NCBI GenBank assembly: GCA_030141605.1
Contig: JAQGDQ010000320.1
Coordinates: 206,291-270,290 of the forward strand
DNA length: 64,000 bases
Direction of reading: 5' to 3'
Source of the DNA: Tubiluchus corallicola
Taxonomy: Eukaryota; Animalia; Priapulida
The notes under the pieces are model-generated. The model had not been told where the DNA came from and made no database searches. It saw only the letters and a list, made by a program, of their open reading frames with translations. Shown here one piece after another: positions 1 through 13,755 of the stretch (position 1 is the stretch's first letter; the number at the start of each line of letters is the position of its first letter). The position numbers and the translations under genes were made by a program.

Positions 1-225
1 CTGATACTGATAAAACATTGAGAATCTGCTACTGTATGCTGCACATATTCAAGCAAAGCACCTAGTCCTTAGACTGCAGTTGGTGATGACATTGGTTCCC
101 CTGTGAAGAACAATAGGGACTTAAAAAGGACACCTCTAGACAATGATTAAATGTTTTAGCTTTCAGAAATTCTTGGGTAACGAGGTTAATTGTAGTGGGC
201 GAGCAGGTAACCGATTCATAGCAAA

Positions 226-414
226 ACTGCTAAGCTTGCATATTAGCGTATGACTGCTAGGCTAGCATATTAGCGTATGACTGCTAGGCTTGCATATTAG
301 CGTATGACTGCTAAGCTTGCATATTAGCGTATGACTGCTAGGCTAGCATATTAGCATATGACTGCTAGGCTTGCATATTAGCGTATGACTGCTAGGCTAG
401 CATATTAGCGCATG
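226..414. repeat. 27-bp minisatellite, ~7 copies
   Basis: Unit GCT(T/A)GCATATTAGCGTATGACTGCTA(G/A) repeated in tandem. Confidence 0.9.
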
Positions 415-876
415 ATAAATGTACATGTTTACAAAGCTGCACTTAACATGACTGTTTCTATGTATACTATAGTGCACAAAATCGACATAAAGGTGACATA
501 AAAGCAGCAAAAGTGCCTTATTTTAAGTACATGAATGAAAAATATTGAGTCAATTATGCAGAGTTATTTGAGTCAAATGTAGACAGTTTTTATATACATT
601 TGAACTGGAGTGGCCCGAACCAGGCATTTTTGAGTCAATTATGTGATTGATTCTATTAACCGTGAGTCTAATAAGCGGCGCCTACAGTATTTTACAGGTA
701 AAGTGAGCTTAGTTCAAATTGCTTCCGGCCAGAATAAACTTTATCCAAGTTCTAGTTCACAATCAACTTCAAAGGCCATGTCAGCAGTGAGTACCTAAAT
801 TGCACCACTAATGAATTACGATCGTAGGTCTACACATGTAATTATTTAGCTAATACATTCTGGAATGCATCTTACG

Positions 877-1063
877 AATTTGGCTTATTTTGGCTACTTT
901 TTACTTTTGCATTTGGCTAAATTTGGCTGTTTTGGGCTACTTTTTACTTGTGGATTTGGCTAAATTTGGCTGTTTTTGGCTACTTTTTACTTTTGGATTT
1001 GGCTAAATTTGGCTGTTTTGTCAGAAATTTGGCTTACGAGAAACTCCATCATCGGCAACCCTG
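877..1063. mobile_element. Right end of a DNA-transposon/MITE remnant with ~44-bp subterminal repeats
   Basis: Repeated TTTGGCTAAATTTGGCTGTTTT motifs ending in GGCAACCCTG (reverse complement CAGGGTTGCC, a hAT-like terminus); matching left end not seen. Confidence 0.45.
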
Positions 1064-1469
1064 CCTAAAGATCATGCATATGGAGCATTGGCATAAATTA
1101 ACCCCGTTATGGCCTGCAAGTCGAGTAATAGAAATTGTGTATTTTCCTTTTTTCTCATTCTAAGTTTAGAACTTAACTTCAAGTTTCCCTTTTCGGTTCA
1201 GTGAACTTTGTGATTTCAAGTCACTTTTCTAATAATTATTAAGTTCATTAAAAGGTGATCGAGTTTGTCCCATCACCGCATGTAAGTAAATGTAATGTAA
1301 AATTTATTCATATAGCACACTACATCATCTAAAATTTCAGCACGCTGAAAAAATAAAATACATTCAAAATTCATAAGAAACACAAAATTTAAAAGACATT
1401 GAAAAATTAAAAATCATTCATTATAAAAAGCACAATTTAAACAAACGTGTTTTAAGATGTTATTTAAAT

Positions 1470-2026
1470 CAGGGGTGTGCAAATTGCGGCCCGCCGAGAG
1501 AATTTGTGCGTCCCGCGAAGAGGTTTGTCAACCTAATGAAAGTGCGGCCCGGGGGCCACTTGCGACCCGCCGAGACAATTTGTGCAGCCCGCGAAGAGGT
1601 TTGTCAACCTAATGAAAGTGCGGCCCGGGTGATTAACTGAGTGTATCCAGCTGAAGTCTGTGCCATGATCCCAAAGATAGTGTGGGTAGTTTTTTCTACT
1701 AGATCGGATGCCATTAACCCTTACAAGACGGTTGTAGCTCAATGTCACTGTACTACACAGACTGTGTGATACACATTACTAATATGCATTGTAATGAAAT
1801 TACCACTATCTGTCCTGAAAGTAGAAATATATGGTTTGTAATATAAATTTTAATAACTTCTAAAATAGTTTCTTGAGTGTAGTAGTAATGATGTACGCAG
1901 GTCGGATGCAAAAAATCGTTATTAGGCCTTTCTGTACTGGGGCTCCTTGATCAAACTGCCTGTGGCCCGCAGAATTGCGGTAAAGTTTAATGTGGCCCGG
2001 CTAATCAGATAATTTGCACACCCCTG
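1470..2026. mobile_element. hAT (Buster/Charlie-type) MITE, family A copy 1
   Basis: TIRs CAGGGGTGTGCAAATT...AATTTGCACACCCCTG; degenerate 8-bp TSD ATTTAAAT/GTTTAAAA; near-identical copies at 33875 and 43858. Confidence 0.9.
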
Positions 2027-2095
2027 GTTTAAAAGAATCTAATGAATTTGTAGAATGTATAACAACAGATGTATAGTAACATGCGTTGAACAAAC

Positions 2096-5000
2096 CTCAT
2101 CGGCTAATGGCCTTGATGCATCTTCTATCTGCAATGGAAGTCGAGGCTCCGCAGAACTGACAACAAACAGCTGAAAAGGCGAAAGTTCTGAATACAAACA
2201 TGAAACATTAAAACAATAACGACAGATAATAGTATCCCGTGTTCTGGCTGACCGCCATTGTTAACCATAGTGTACTTCCACCTTTACAAGTTTATTATAC
2301 AGTTCAGTCATTTGTCAATAAAATAAGACCTTGACGATCTTCGAAGCCAAATATACTGTACACTGATCTCCCCAATTCTCTAGTAGTACCAAAGAGTTAA
2401 ATTCGACGGATCCGGCTTTACAAGTACCGTAATAATGGCGATCACCTTGGGCCATGACTTCTGCAATTGCGTGGCATGATTTAAGCTTTCCTATTTGCCT
2501 TGAGCACAAATCACACCAATTGTATTGTACATAATTGTACATATCGGTTTTGCCTGTGGTACTTTTTGGGACCTCGACAAGTTTCTTCGGCAGCAGCCTG
2601 CAATATCCATTGAGACTAAACCCCGCATGTTCAAAGCCAGCGTTCTATTCACGCTGATGTAAGGCAGTGAAACCAGGGCTATCCTAGCAGAGGACGAAAG
2701 ACGTCGAAACAAAATTGCTAAGGCGCGTTCTCGGCATTAGCTATTGGGATCGATCACATCATGAACACCGAGGTCTACAGACGTGCGGGTCTCGCCGGCA
2801 CATCGACAGACTGCATCAAACATCACCGTCTGGAATATCTTGGGCTTGTCGCTCGAATGGCCCGCTCCCGCCTACCATTCATCTCCATGTTCGAGCCGGC
2901 GCCGGCGGCAACAACACGCTGCGGCACGTGGAAGCGCCCCAGAGGAGGTCAACAAAAGCATCTCTGGCATCAAATCAAGCGCGATATTGCGTCTCTTCTT
3001 GGGCTACCATCAAGTTTCCGATGATCTGAGAGAGCTGCCGTCGTACTGCGAGGACCGGAAGCAGCGGCGTGCAATGGTTCGGGATGCTATCTGTGCTGGC
3101 CTGCCTCCACCTGGTGGGGACAGCAAGTAAATATTGTACATAAATAGAGAAGGTATGAATGTAAAGTTCACTGCACAGAAAATTAGCATCACTGTTATGA
3201 TATTAGGCCGACCACCAAAAAAATCGTTACTTTATGAGCTCAGAAGATGTCAGTAGTCTGGGAAGTTTTGTTTCTCATTATCATATAATAATCGACTATG
3301 ATAGTCTCTTTTATGTACAGTATGAACGTATGTTTTCATAATTATGGTATAAGCGGCAACACTAGTCGACCGTTAATACGCTGATTTGGTGGAAAATACG
3401 ATACTTTTAGCCTCCAATATGATAATCAGTATCATATGGGACGGCAAGCCTACCCGAGACTTAGCCATAAAAAACATGGTTGCGTTCTCAGTAAAACAAC
3501 ATTGTTATAATAATCATTGCATTTTAAATTTAAAAAATATGCTTTTATATGGCTATGTTAGGTTAAGTATATGAACATACAAAAAATATTATAAAATTCC
3601 CGACTGGATGTGAGATAAAAAAATGTTACCCGGGCGATTATAAGGAAACAGAAGTATTTTTATTGTCGGTCTTAACACTGATAGTTATGATAGAAGTAAC
3701 ACAAAGATAATGTCCTCACAAATATTGAGGCACAAAATAACACACCTTCTCAACCCAAATCTCAACATCATGTTGGGAACAACCATCGACTTTTTGGGGA
3801 GATTTTTTCACCGTGCCCTGTACGTCAATCACAGATTCTTTATTAATCCTAGAAAAAGAAATCAATTCGTACAGGTTACTGTTTATTGATTCATGTAATT
3901 ATTACAAAACGCACATTTAAATGTTTACCAAACTGATTTATTGTTCACTGTTGAACAATAGTTACTTTCAGGGGTAGCCCGTAGTCAAAATTAGTGGGAG
4001 GGGGGTGCTGCTTCAGAAAAATTTTAGCCATTGTTTTAATACTGTGTAAGATGAAACGAACATGTAATTTTAATTTTGTAATTTGTAATTGTAATTTTAA
4101 ACAAACAAACATATGAAAGTTTATACATAAACTTGATAAAGCCCTAAACAAAAAAACTTTGCTTACGAATAGCCTAAATTGTCCCAGGACAAGAATATGC
4201 CAGCACATGGTTTTTAAGCACGTGACAACTGACAACGAACTGCGTGAGTGACAGTACTTTCTCTACCTAGCGGCAGATGCTAGCAGTGCGCTGTACAGCA
4301 CGGCCGCATGTGCACAACAGCCAAACACACCACCGTGCAGGGCTGTGAAGCAAACACTAATATCCTCATGTGCTCTGTACAACTATAAAGACAGAGCCAA
4401 AGCAAAAAGACTTATTACTGTACATAGAATATTCTCGATAATCCTGAATGAAAATCGGGAGTGCTGCAGTTCCACAGTACCTACACACGAACCGCCATTG
4501 GTTACTTTATACCAATGAAGGACAGAATACTGTTGCTACAATTAGCATTAGCATAAAAATTATTCAAGCTGTTTGGGCTTTACGGTGACAAACTAAGTCA
4601 TCATTTTGCTCAGCATAACTGTTTATTGTTTGTGTACCATTTTCACGTCACGTGACCCTTAGTCATTTACTTCATCATATCTGACACTGTGACGCCATTA
4701 CCCAAAATATTACATTTTATCTGAAACAAGATATATAAATTTCTTTAATAAACTAACTCATTTCTATCAAAAGATCGATTACGATTACGTGAAATTAATG
4801 AGAGACTTACAGTAAATAAAATAAATGACTAAATAAAATTTACGTACATCGTTGGCATTAAATCATGAGTTCACAGAAACATGTCATCACATGAACACCT
4901 TTAAACTTAAATGACCGGAAATTCACTAGGATGCAAATATTGAGGCCAGGTGTCGCCACTTGTAACTGTATGGCTATATTAAATTTAACAAACAAAAATC

Positions 5001-8000
5001 CTTGACACCGCCTCCTTAAATGCATGTTAGACATTTACTATTTACTACAAATGCTGGTATACAGAGTCAACACAAAATGTGCTTTCCTCATAATTATAAA
5101 ATCATCCATCTTACATTGAGGCAAATTTGACCATCGGCTTGCTGACCGTTTCTCCTACGGAAACTACACATTGTATAGTGAACTGCCGCTGTCGCAACAC
5201 AAAGAAACACTGCTTTCCTAAACAGAAACAACCAAACAAAATTCGAGCAATACTACAATGATGACACAAAATTCAGCAGGGATTTGAAATTATGAAACAC
5301 CTGTAAACATGCGAAATACAACTACCTGTGAAAATATTTTTGGTCCCGACTGTTAAACGCCACAGCGCCGCTTATTTTTATTCCTCATTTCGTTATTCTT
5401 CTTCTCACTATTGTCACTAAATTTTTATTTTTTTTGATATGTGAAAAGTTAAGCTTTAACGACTTTTATTGGACGATTTCGGGGATTTAACAAAAATTGT
5501 AGATGTAACACGGCCAACAGACTCTTGTCTTTTAAATTCTTGTAAAATATGAAATGAAAAGTAAAAATACATTTTTGGCAAAGATGGCCTCCTTGCTGAA
5601 GCAAGAAAAATCACGATAAAATAATTGTTCCATTTATGATTGTTGTTGGTGAAATTTGCATCGTTACTTTATTTGCATAAACAGAACCTTAAAAAATGGT
5701 TTTGTTCTCCTTTAATTTCATGTTATAGAAATCAAATTTAAAAATCCAAAAAAAAGAAATGCACCTTTTGCTCTGCTCGTATGAAGGCGTCCTCTCAGCC
5801 AAACTAACTGATCGCCTTGGTCAGCGCCGAGAGAACGCACTGAAACCAGAGTTCGGTCAAGCTTTTCAGTTGACTGAATCATCTTCATGTTGCCATAGTA
5901 ACCACTAGCGTAGTCGTCCTCTACTGCACTCGCAGCTTCTTGCTAAAAGAAACAATTTGTCGTGATTCACAAACTTCATGCTAGAATACGAGCAAAATAA
6001 TTACATCTTGTCTCTTCTGAATCTTGCAACTAGTAAATAATCAAGCATGCTTTGCATTAGTCACACTTAATAGAAAGCACAGCATTTGCGATTAATTTAA
6101 ACTACTACAATAATAAGTTGACATGTGCTGCCACCTACGTTTAAAATTATTTATTAATGAATGGGGTCAAGTTTAATCCAGCTTGTGGCCTTGGTCAGTG
6201 CAGCTTAGTCACTTATACCTGCCGGGCTTACCGTTACTAAATTTCTATTTTTGTTGATATTTGGAAAGTTAAGCTTTGAAATTAGTTAAGCTTTAGCGAC
6301 TTTTATTGGACGATTTCCGGGATTTAATGAAAATCGTCAACAGACTGTTGTCTTTTAAATTCTTGTAGAATATGAAATGAAAAGTAAACACATTTTTGGT
6401 AAAGATGGTCTCCGTAACATTCGTGGGTGAAGCATACCGTTTATGGTAGTGCTAATTGCTAGTGTGTTCTACTAGCCAATCAGGGAAGCTCAGTGGGTGC
6501 ATGTGACTTGGGTAGCTCTGCCAAGGCCAACTGGGGTTTTTTTCTTTCTTGAGCACACCACTGTTGAATGGGTCACCATGTGTCTTCTTTCTCGCGAATA
6601 ACAGTGTAATATGTAAATAGAACTTCAGTCTTTCATAGTTCAACACACTTTTATATTCTTTGTTTCAACTACCAGAGTGAACCAGTCTACAACAGTCTAC
6701 ACTAACTTTAGTCTCTCACAGTTCAACACAATTTCATATTCTTTGTTTCAACTACCAGAGTGAACCAGTCTACAACAGTCTACACTAACTTTAGTCTCTC
6801 ACAGTTCAACACAATTTCATATTCTTTGTTTCAACCACCAGAGTGAACCAGTCTACAACAGTCTATACTAACTTCAGTCTCTCACAGGTCAATACAATTT
6901 CATATTCTTTGTTTCAACCACCAGAGTGAACCAGTCAACAACAGTCTACACTAACTTCAGTCTTTCACAGTTCAACACAATTTCATATTCTTTGTTTCAA
7001 CTACCAGAGTGAGCCAGTCTACAACAGTCTACACTAACTTCAGTCTTTCACAGTTCAACACAATTTCATATTCTTTGTTTCAACCACCAGAGTGAACCAG
7101 TCTACAACAGTCTACACTAACTTCAGTCTTTCACAGTTCAACACAATTTCATATTCTTTGTTTCAACCACCAGAGTGAACCAGTCTACAACAGTCTACAC
7201 TAACTTCAGTCTTTCACAGTTCAACACTATTTCATATTCTTTGTTTCAACCACCAGAGTGAACCAGTCTACAACAGTCTACACTAACTTCAGTCTCTCAC
7301 AGTTCAACACAATTTCGTATTCTTTGTTTCAACCACCAGAGTTAGCCAGTCTACAACAGCGTGCACTAACTTCAGTCGAATATATTTCAAGTTCTCTACA
7401 AATACAATACTTCTATGCTGTCAGCTATAAAGTTTCTACACAGCACCCACTTCCATTGCTTTGCTAATCATTTTGATCTGGTTGTTTGGAAACATAACAA
7501 AACTCTAGGCAAGTGAAGTTACTAAACCTGGACAATTGCTTGTCACTGGGGGTGAACCTTCTCTAGAATTAAACAAGAGTACCTACAGTAATTTATTATT
7601 ATGGTTCCTGTTTTTTACAGTTTTTTCTAGTCTTAAATGATTTAGATTCCAGTCAGGTTAAAGATAACTAGAATTTAGCTTTTCACATTTTCCCATTAAT
7701 TAACCGTAAATCACACTAGGTATTGTTCTAACTTTGGTGTTCAATTATTTTATGCCACGATGATAGTCTTTCAGTTATGATCTATATGATCATAATCACG
7801 ATCATCTTTCAGTTATGATCTACAATCAGAATGATCTACTTTCAGTTAGAAATAATATGTCCTTAAAGTAAGATAGCACAATAAATAATTATTAATTACA
7901 CAGACATAACTTTTATGACAATATGAAGAAGATGACAATATTAAGTAGTGCTACATTCAGTGTTTGAGCACGGAGTGCATAAGGGTAATTTTGATTATTT

Positions 8001-9761
8001 CATATTTTTGCAATAAACGCGCAGTCATGCAATACAGACTTGCATCATTGCATGCTTTCACTTCATAAATAGCTTAGTGTCTATCAACATCTGCCTACAG
8101 GGTACCTCTTTCTCAGCTTTTACTTGCTCTTTCCTAGCAGCTTTTTCTGCTTCTTTTTGCATTTTTTTCAAAGCTTTCTTTGATAAAGGCTCGCCATCTG
8201 GTCCCAACTTCTCTCTGTAAGAAAAAATGCAAACAAATATGGTATTACTGATCCTTTTTTCAAGTGGAAAGTAAATTTAAAATTTATTTTGTGTGTCTTA
8301 AGTTGCAGAACCAAATGAACCATACTACACAATTACACACAAATGAAGTACAATAGTGTTGTGTAACATGGCACATGCACAGTTAGTGCCTATTCAGGGC
8401 ACACATCCGCCTACAGAGCAGGGGCGGAACTAGATGTGGCAAGCAGGGGGCGGGCGAGGTATCCGAAGTGGTTAAATAATGGTTAAGCCAATTTTTAACC
8501 CCTTTTATACTGCATGCAGGCCTATAATTAGCATGTGTGTAGGACGGCGTAGCGGACAGAGCAATAATGAGAAAATTAACTCTCAGTTAACCTAACGTTA
8601 TTAATGTGCTTCTAAATACGTACAGGGGCACTCTCAAATTTCAGCATGGTACCACTGCTACACCCACATCCTATAGCTGTGCATACAGACCTGTTGGCCT
8701 GTGTGTAGAGCCTGTGACTGTGTGTGGTCCTGTAAGCCTACACTGTGATAGGCACCTCTATGCACACTGAGTATTGTCTGCACGCACACTGAGGCTACCA
8801 AACATTTTTTTACCTAATTCTAATTCATATTGAAAAAGATTAAATGCTCGCTGCAATTTTCACTGCAAAAAAATTGTTTGTCCGATTTGGCAGGGGGGCG
8901 CGCGTGCCCCTTCGCCCCCTCCTAGTTCCGCCCCTGCTATAGAGACGTTACAGCTTCCCAGCATCCTGACTATTTAACAGATTTCCAACAAACTTTGTGA
9001 AGAAAGGTGGATACAGAGGGCCAAAATGGGAATCTCTTTCTTTTTCGCAAAAATCTGGTTATTTTTTGCAAAACTTGACCGATCTAAAAAAACGTTCGTG
9101 AAGCACTTCATGGAGGTCTCAGAGGGAGTGTTTAGTACTTCCTTTTTATTATCTCCACCAGGGCACACAACTACATGTTAGTTTGAGGTTCAATTTCAAG
9201 AAAATCTCGCTTGCAAAACTGTGTAACGCTGTCTATAACCTTTGCTTATTAATGTGTACAGCCCTATAAGGTGACTTGGTAAATATATATTTGTCAGTCT
9301 ATTACCAACACCAAAATTAATGGTGAAAAAGGTAGATAAACACTATGTGGAACATTTGTGCATTAGTGATTATAAAGCCATTTAATGAACAAATATTTTG
9401 TGGGTGTTTTGCTAGTCTATATATTACCAATACATGTACATTTTTGTTGTTTACCTTTGTGTTAAATTTTTTTAATCAAAAGAATCATACGAATAAGATT
9501 AGGATTGTGTTCGGCATTGGCAGAGAACTAGTTCCTATGGAGGGCATTTTAGTTTTATTGTACAAATCAACTGCATCAAAATAACATAATTATGTGCCAT
9601 TTTTCTAGTGCTATTTTTACTGTGCCATTTTTAGCCGGACCATTTTTACTGCGCACCATTACTGTATACTAGTGTACATAACTTTTTTTATAAGATTTAA
9701 AAGTTCTATGCAAAAAATATAAAACTCACACAACTGATTGAGCCGAATCTTCGTTTTGCAT
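2096..9761 (-). CDS. DARS1: Aspartate--tRNA ligase, cytoplasmic (5' six coding exons; gene continues past the left edge)
   Basis: Phase-consistent GT-AG exons 9761-9730, 8214-8106, 5942-5765, 5217-5115, 3848-3746, 2170-2096 translate to [28 protein letters not shown]...[12 protein letters not shown]...[29 protein letters not shown]...[21 protein letters not shown]...[33 protein letters not shown], matching the AspRS anticodon-binding OB domain. Confidence 0.95.
2540..3130 (+). mobile_element. Degenerate 3' fragment of an RTE-clade non-LTR retrotransposon (RT C-terminal region)
   Basis: Frameshifted peptides [12 protein letters not shown]...[42 protein letters not shown]; shorter copy at 37649-37820. 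Confidence 0.8.
3203..3675. mobile_element. Probable MITE
   Basis: Imperfect TIRs TTAGGCCGACCA..AAAAAAT / ATTTTTATTGTCGGTCTTAA. Confidence 0.4.
5412..6412. repeat. Two diverged copies of a ~175-bp segment (about 5412-5592 and 6233-6412) flanking DARS1 exon 3
   Basis: Shared GACTTTTATTGGACGATTTC..GGATTTAA and TCTTTTAAATTCTTGTA.AATATGAAATGAAAAGTAAA...AAAGATGG.CTCC. Confidence 0.75.
6621..7377. repeat. 83-bp minisatellite, ~9 copies (DARS1 intron)
   Basis: Unit AGTGAACCAGTCTACAACAGTCTACACTAACTTCAGTCTCTCACAGTTCAACACAATTTCATATTCTTTGTTTCAACCACCAG. Confidence 0.95.
8419..8936. mobile_element. hAT-type MITE, family B copy 1
   Basis: TIRs CAGGGGCGGAACTAG/CTAGTTCCGCCCCTG; 8-bp TSD CTACAGAG/CTATAGAG; related inverted copy at 53946-54357. 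Confidence 0.88.
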
Positions 9762-12700
9762 TTTCACCAACCGTTTTAATAATACGAAAACTGCAGATCT
9801 ATTAAATTTTTTGTGCGTGCTTAACTAAGAACAACTTCTTCGCCGACTTGTGATTTATCCACATTCCACATTGAAATTATAACGAAAATTACATCACTCA
9901 ACTCTTCGACACGCCTTCGTTAATCCTGATTCATGGGAGAGTATACTAAACACGTGCAGCGTACCACGAGCGTACTGCCATAGATAATAATATTACTAAC
10001 GTAATCTCCGTAACACAGGACGTGTTGAAAAAAACGACAATTCAGTTCACTTCAATTTTATTTCAAGTCATAACTCTATGTACAAAGTATGTCACTAATC
10101 GGCGTGTCACGTGGCCGTGGTCTGATGAAATGGTCGTAAGTTTACGGTGTGTGGGGTAGAGGAAATATTATGGCGCATGTAGGCTGCAATTACAGTTGCA
10201 TGTGAATGCGTTTAAGATTTCTTTGACTATAATGCCTAGTCCACAGGATTCCTTCAAAAGAATAATACTCAAAACACCGACATTGAAAAGAGTGACTTTC
10301 AAAACACTGAACTCTGTCCACGTGATCAGTTTTCACTGACAGTTAATGTGAATAATAATATACTATAACTATTTGTTGAAGTGGCCTTTCCTGAATTCTC
10401 TTCATTTCTGAAATAACGCCAAAACGGCTTGCATGAAAACATGCTTTGTTTTAGTATTGTGCTATGTTACAAATGAAAGCGCAATCAAAGAAAAAGTTCT
10501 GCAAAGAAATGAAACAAGAATTAAGTTGTTATATTTCGGGAATTAAACGCAGAAGCTCTAATAGATTTTTAAATTATATTCGGATAACACCAAGTTCGAT
10601 TATTGGACAAATTTTCTCTTCCAAGTAATGCAGAAAGAGTAGGTTGAAATTAATCACCATCGCCTGTGTTCTATGACGAGTTTAGTACGAGTTCCTGTAC
10701 ATTTCCTTGTACAAGTTTATAAAATTTTCGTACAATTACTCACTGAAATTTCTGCACTCATACACAAAATATATGAAGTCACTTTTTGTTTCGTTAATAA
10801 TTTGTTTTTAATGACAAAGCATCATTTCCACGCATACATTGTAGATGGATTTTTCCAGCTGATCACTGGCGCGCATTATTGGCTGTTCAAAAATCAAGAC
10901 CAACTTGTTATCGTAAGATTTGAATGACATTCAAGTTTGACTGTTATTCTCGGTGTCCACATAGTCCTTCATTAACACTGACAAACTCGAGAAGGATAGT
11001 GTTTTGAATGACCGTGTGGACGGGTTATACTACCTGATTCTGGAAATCGAGCAATTACGAAGACATGATTAATTTTAATAACGAATATTGTTATCGTTTA
11101 TGATGACATAGAATCTCTTTGTTATTACATTAATAATAATTGTGAAATAGTGGCACATTGTGCTGCACATAGGTAATAATAATAATTATGCTGGAATATA
11201 TAATTATATAGGCCGGATAGCACATAGCATATTGCTAGCGTTTCAGAAACAACGAGTAATAGTATAGAACAATTTACATCATCAACTAAAGTATTACTCA
11301 AACAAAAGCTAATTTATCATGCCCTCAAAACAGGGAGTCGAAATTTCATTCGTCTTGCAGAAACTGCTATTTTGAGGGGCACGATGAAAAATTTTTCCAT
11401 TGAACTGAAGGCCTGCGATTTACCGGTACTTGACCTCACAAAACACTTTGGAGCTATTTTCATTTACATGTAGAGTGGACGCGCATAGGACAAAATAATG
11501 TACTAGGTTGTGTTACATCAACCTCAGGGAAGCAATTTAATCTCATTATGTCAACATAATTATAATAACATAAAGACTACAAATGTATTTTTATCTCAGT
11601 TAGTATAATGTTTCCAATTATATTACAAAAATTAAGTGCTGTAATATGTGATTCGCTCTATTGGCAACTTCTCAGTGTAACATAAATCTTGCAAAGACAA
11701 TAATTGATTTACAGTGTAAGAAATGACTTAAGATGTGATTCGGACAGTATTAATTGTCCTGGGAACATCTTGATGGCGGTCAGAAAGTAGCCAGTGTATG
11801 AACATGGAATTGATTATACTGCCACTCTGGGAGTTAAAATACGAGCTAATTAATTAATATGGTTGCCAACTTATTCTAGTAAATTCCCCCTATGGGCGTT
11901 CGAGTTGAAATACCGGGCTTAATTATGGTACTTATCGCGTCACATTCATCACATGTTAGTAGTATCTTATTCATTGCCATAGACAAACATTTGTTGAAAA
12001 CTCTAGAAAAAAGTCATGGAAAAAATTACAATTTTGGCTAGGAAAAACATCACAAAATTTAATCATTCTGGCTAGAGTTACAGTTGTAGTAACTGACAGT
12101 TATGGCTATGGCTATGTTAGGGCTGTGATAAGGGTTATGATTAGGGACAGGGTTACGTCAACTTTTCCTGCAAAACCACAATTAATTTAAGTACCATAAA
12201 CAATTAAAGGAACAAAACAGATACAGTTACCCCTGGCAACCGTCTCAACGCTGTTCATATATGATGGCATTACATGTATATGAAAAGAATTTCGTTTTGT
12301 TCAATATGTTAAGGTTATGTTTAGGGTTGGGGTTCAGTGACTGATTAACAGTCAATATAACAAGTCTAATATCTGCTTAAGTTAGGATCACATAATGTCT
12401 TTGACTTTTACTTCCCGATGCCTGATACGTTCTTTTCACATTAATGCATGATCTTATGGAAGCAGATTACCATGCAGTTGTGCTGTTTTACAAGAGTACC
12501 ATAAACAAAGAGTCAGTACATGTTATGAGATATATACTGAACAACGACAGGCGATCAATACGGTAGTGCGGTAATACATGTACAGACCATCCACAACTTC
12601 GGGCGTGGCAAATGTGGCACAGACGTGTGGCACACGTGGCCATGTGGCCTGGTGGAGTGGTCCCAACGTCATGTTGTGTATGGGGGGGGGGCAGAGGAAT

Positions 12701-13726
12701 ATCATGGAGCTCCACGAAAGTTCCACACTTTCAAGTCTGCCTGGATGAAAACCTTGCCGATAAAAAGGGCAGTAGAAAATTCGTTATATATATATACTAA
12801 TTTTGATCTATTGTTGTGACAGTAATGGCAAAGCCATCCATCTTCTCTTTCATTTTTGTATCTACCATGTTCTAATTCCAGGTCAAGATTGCAGACACGT
12901 AATTTTGTAATCTTTTGTCTTAGTTAATAAGTTTTAAAATTAATAATTTACATACTTGTCTGTAAAATCTTTACTTGTCTTTGCCCCCATTTATCTGTAC
13001 CCTGATTTGAGGTTATTACCAAAATTTTTATTTTGCGATTCAGGCACATTTTATCAAGTTCAACACCATATGTTTGAAATCCTGGAAAACTTCCCCATTT
13101 TGTACAAAGCTGTTTCATTTCTTCCTGAGACTGACAAGTTGGCAACTGTTAATATACTTTCTTAAATAGTGTATTTTTAAGAGTTTTTTTTTCTGTTATC
13201 AAACAGTAAGCGTAAAGCTGAGAAAAAGTGATAAAACCATGTATGGAAAGTTTTTTTCACCTTTAGTGGCTAGTGAACCTGTAGCGTAACTTACCGAATG
13301 GGTTTCACTCGATCCACAGCCAATCCTGTGGTCGTGTTAGCTATTTGGTCGTAATTAATGCGCGTTGGACAGATACGCTCACCCCCCCCCCCCCCCCCTA
13401 TACAGTATGTACACTGCACACATCATTAATATGCTCGAAGTTCCCTCGAATTCGAAGGCCGTTTTGCAAACTGGTTTGGGGACGCGTGTTTTGATCTTGT
13501 ATAGAATTCAGCTACCTGCTAAGTGTGGAGTGGAGGTATCTAACTTGAACGTTTATTTCTCATAATAAGAATTTTATCAGCTCAATCCCTGAACCGAGAC
13601 TCAACGGTAAAACACAGCGTTTGCAACGATATGTTGATTAACTGTTTAGATTGACGTACCTGTTGACATTTGATTGCATTTACTGAATTGGCTTTCAGTG
13701 CAGATACTTCGCTTGCTTTTCGAAAA

Positions 13727-13755
13727 ATGCACTCTGGCAGTGCACATTTGAACGG
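13727..13755 (+). CDS. Putative first coding exon of membrane protein paralog 1 (MHSGSAHLNG)
   Basis: AAAATG start, GG|GTGAGT phase-2 donor matching the phase-2 acceptor at 16286; joined CDS is 1572 nt. Confidence 0.6.

Noticed and set aside
10673-11480. Short ORFs and exon-like stretches upstream of DARS1
   Set aside because: No recognisable protein or consistent splice chain
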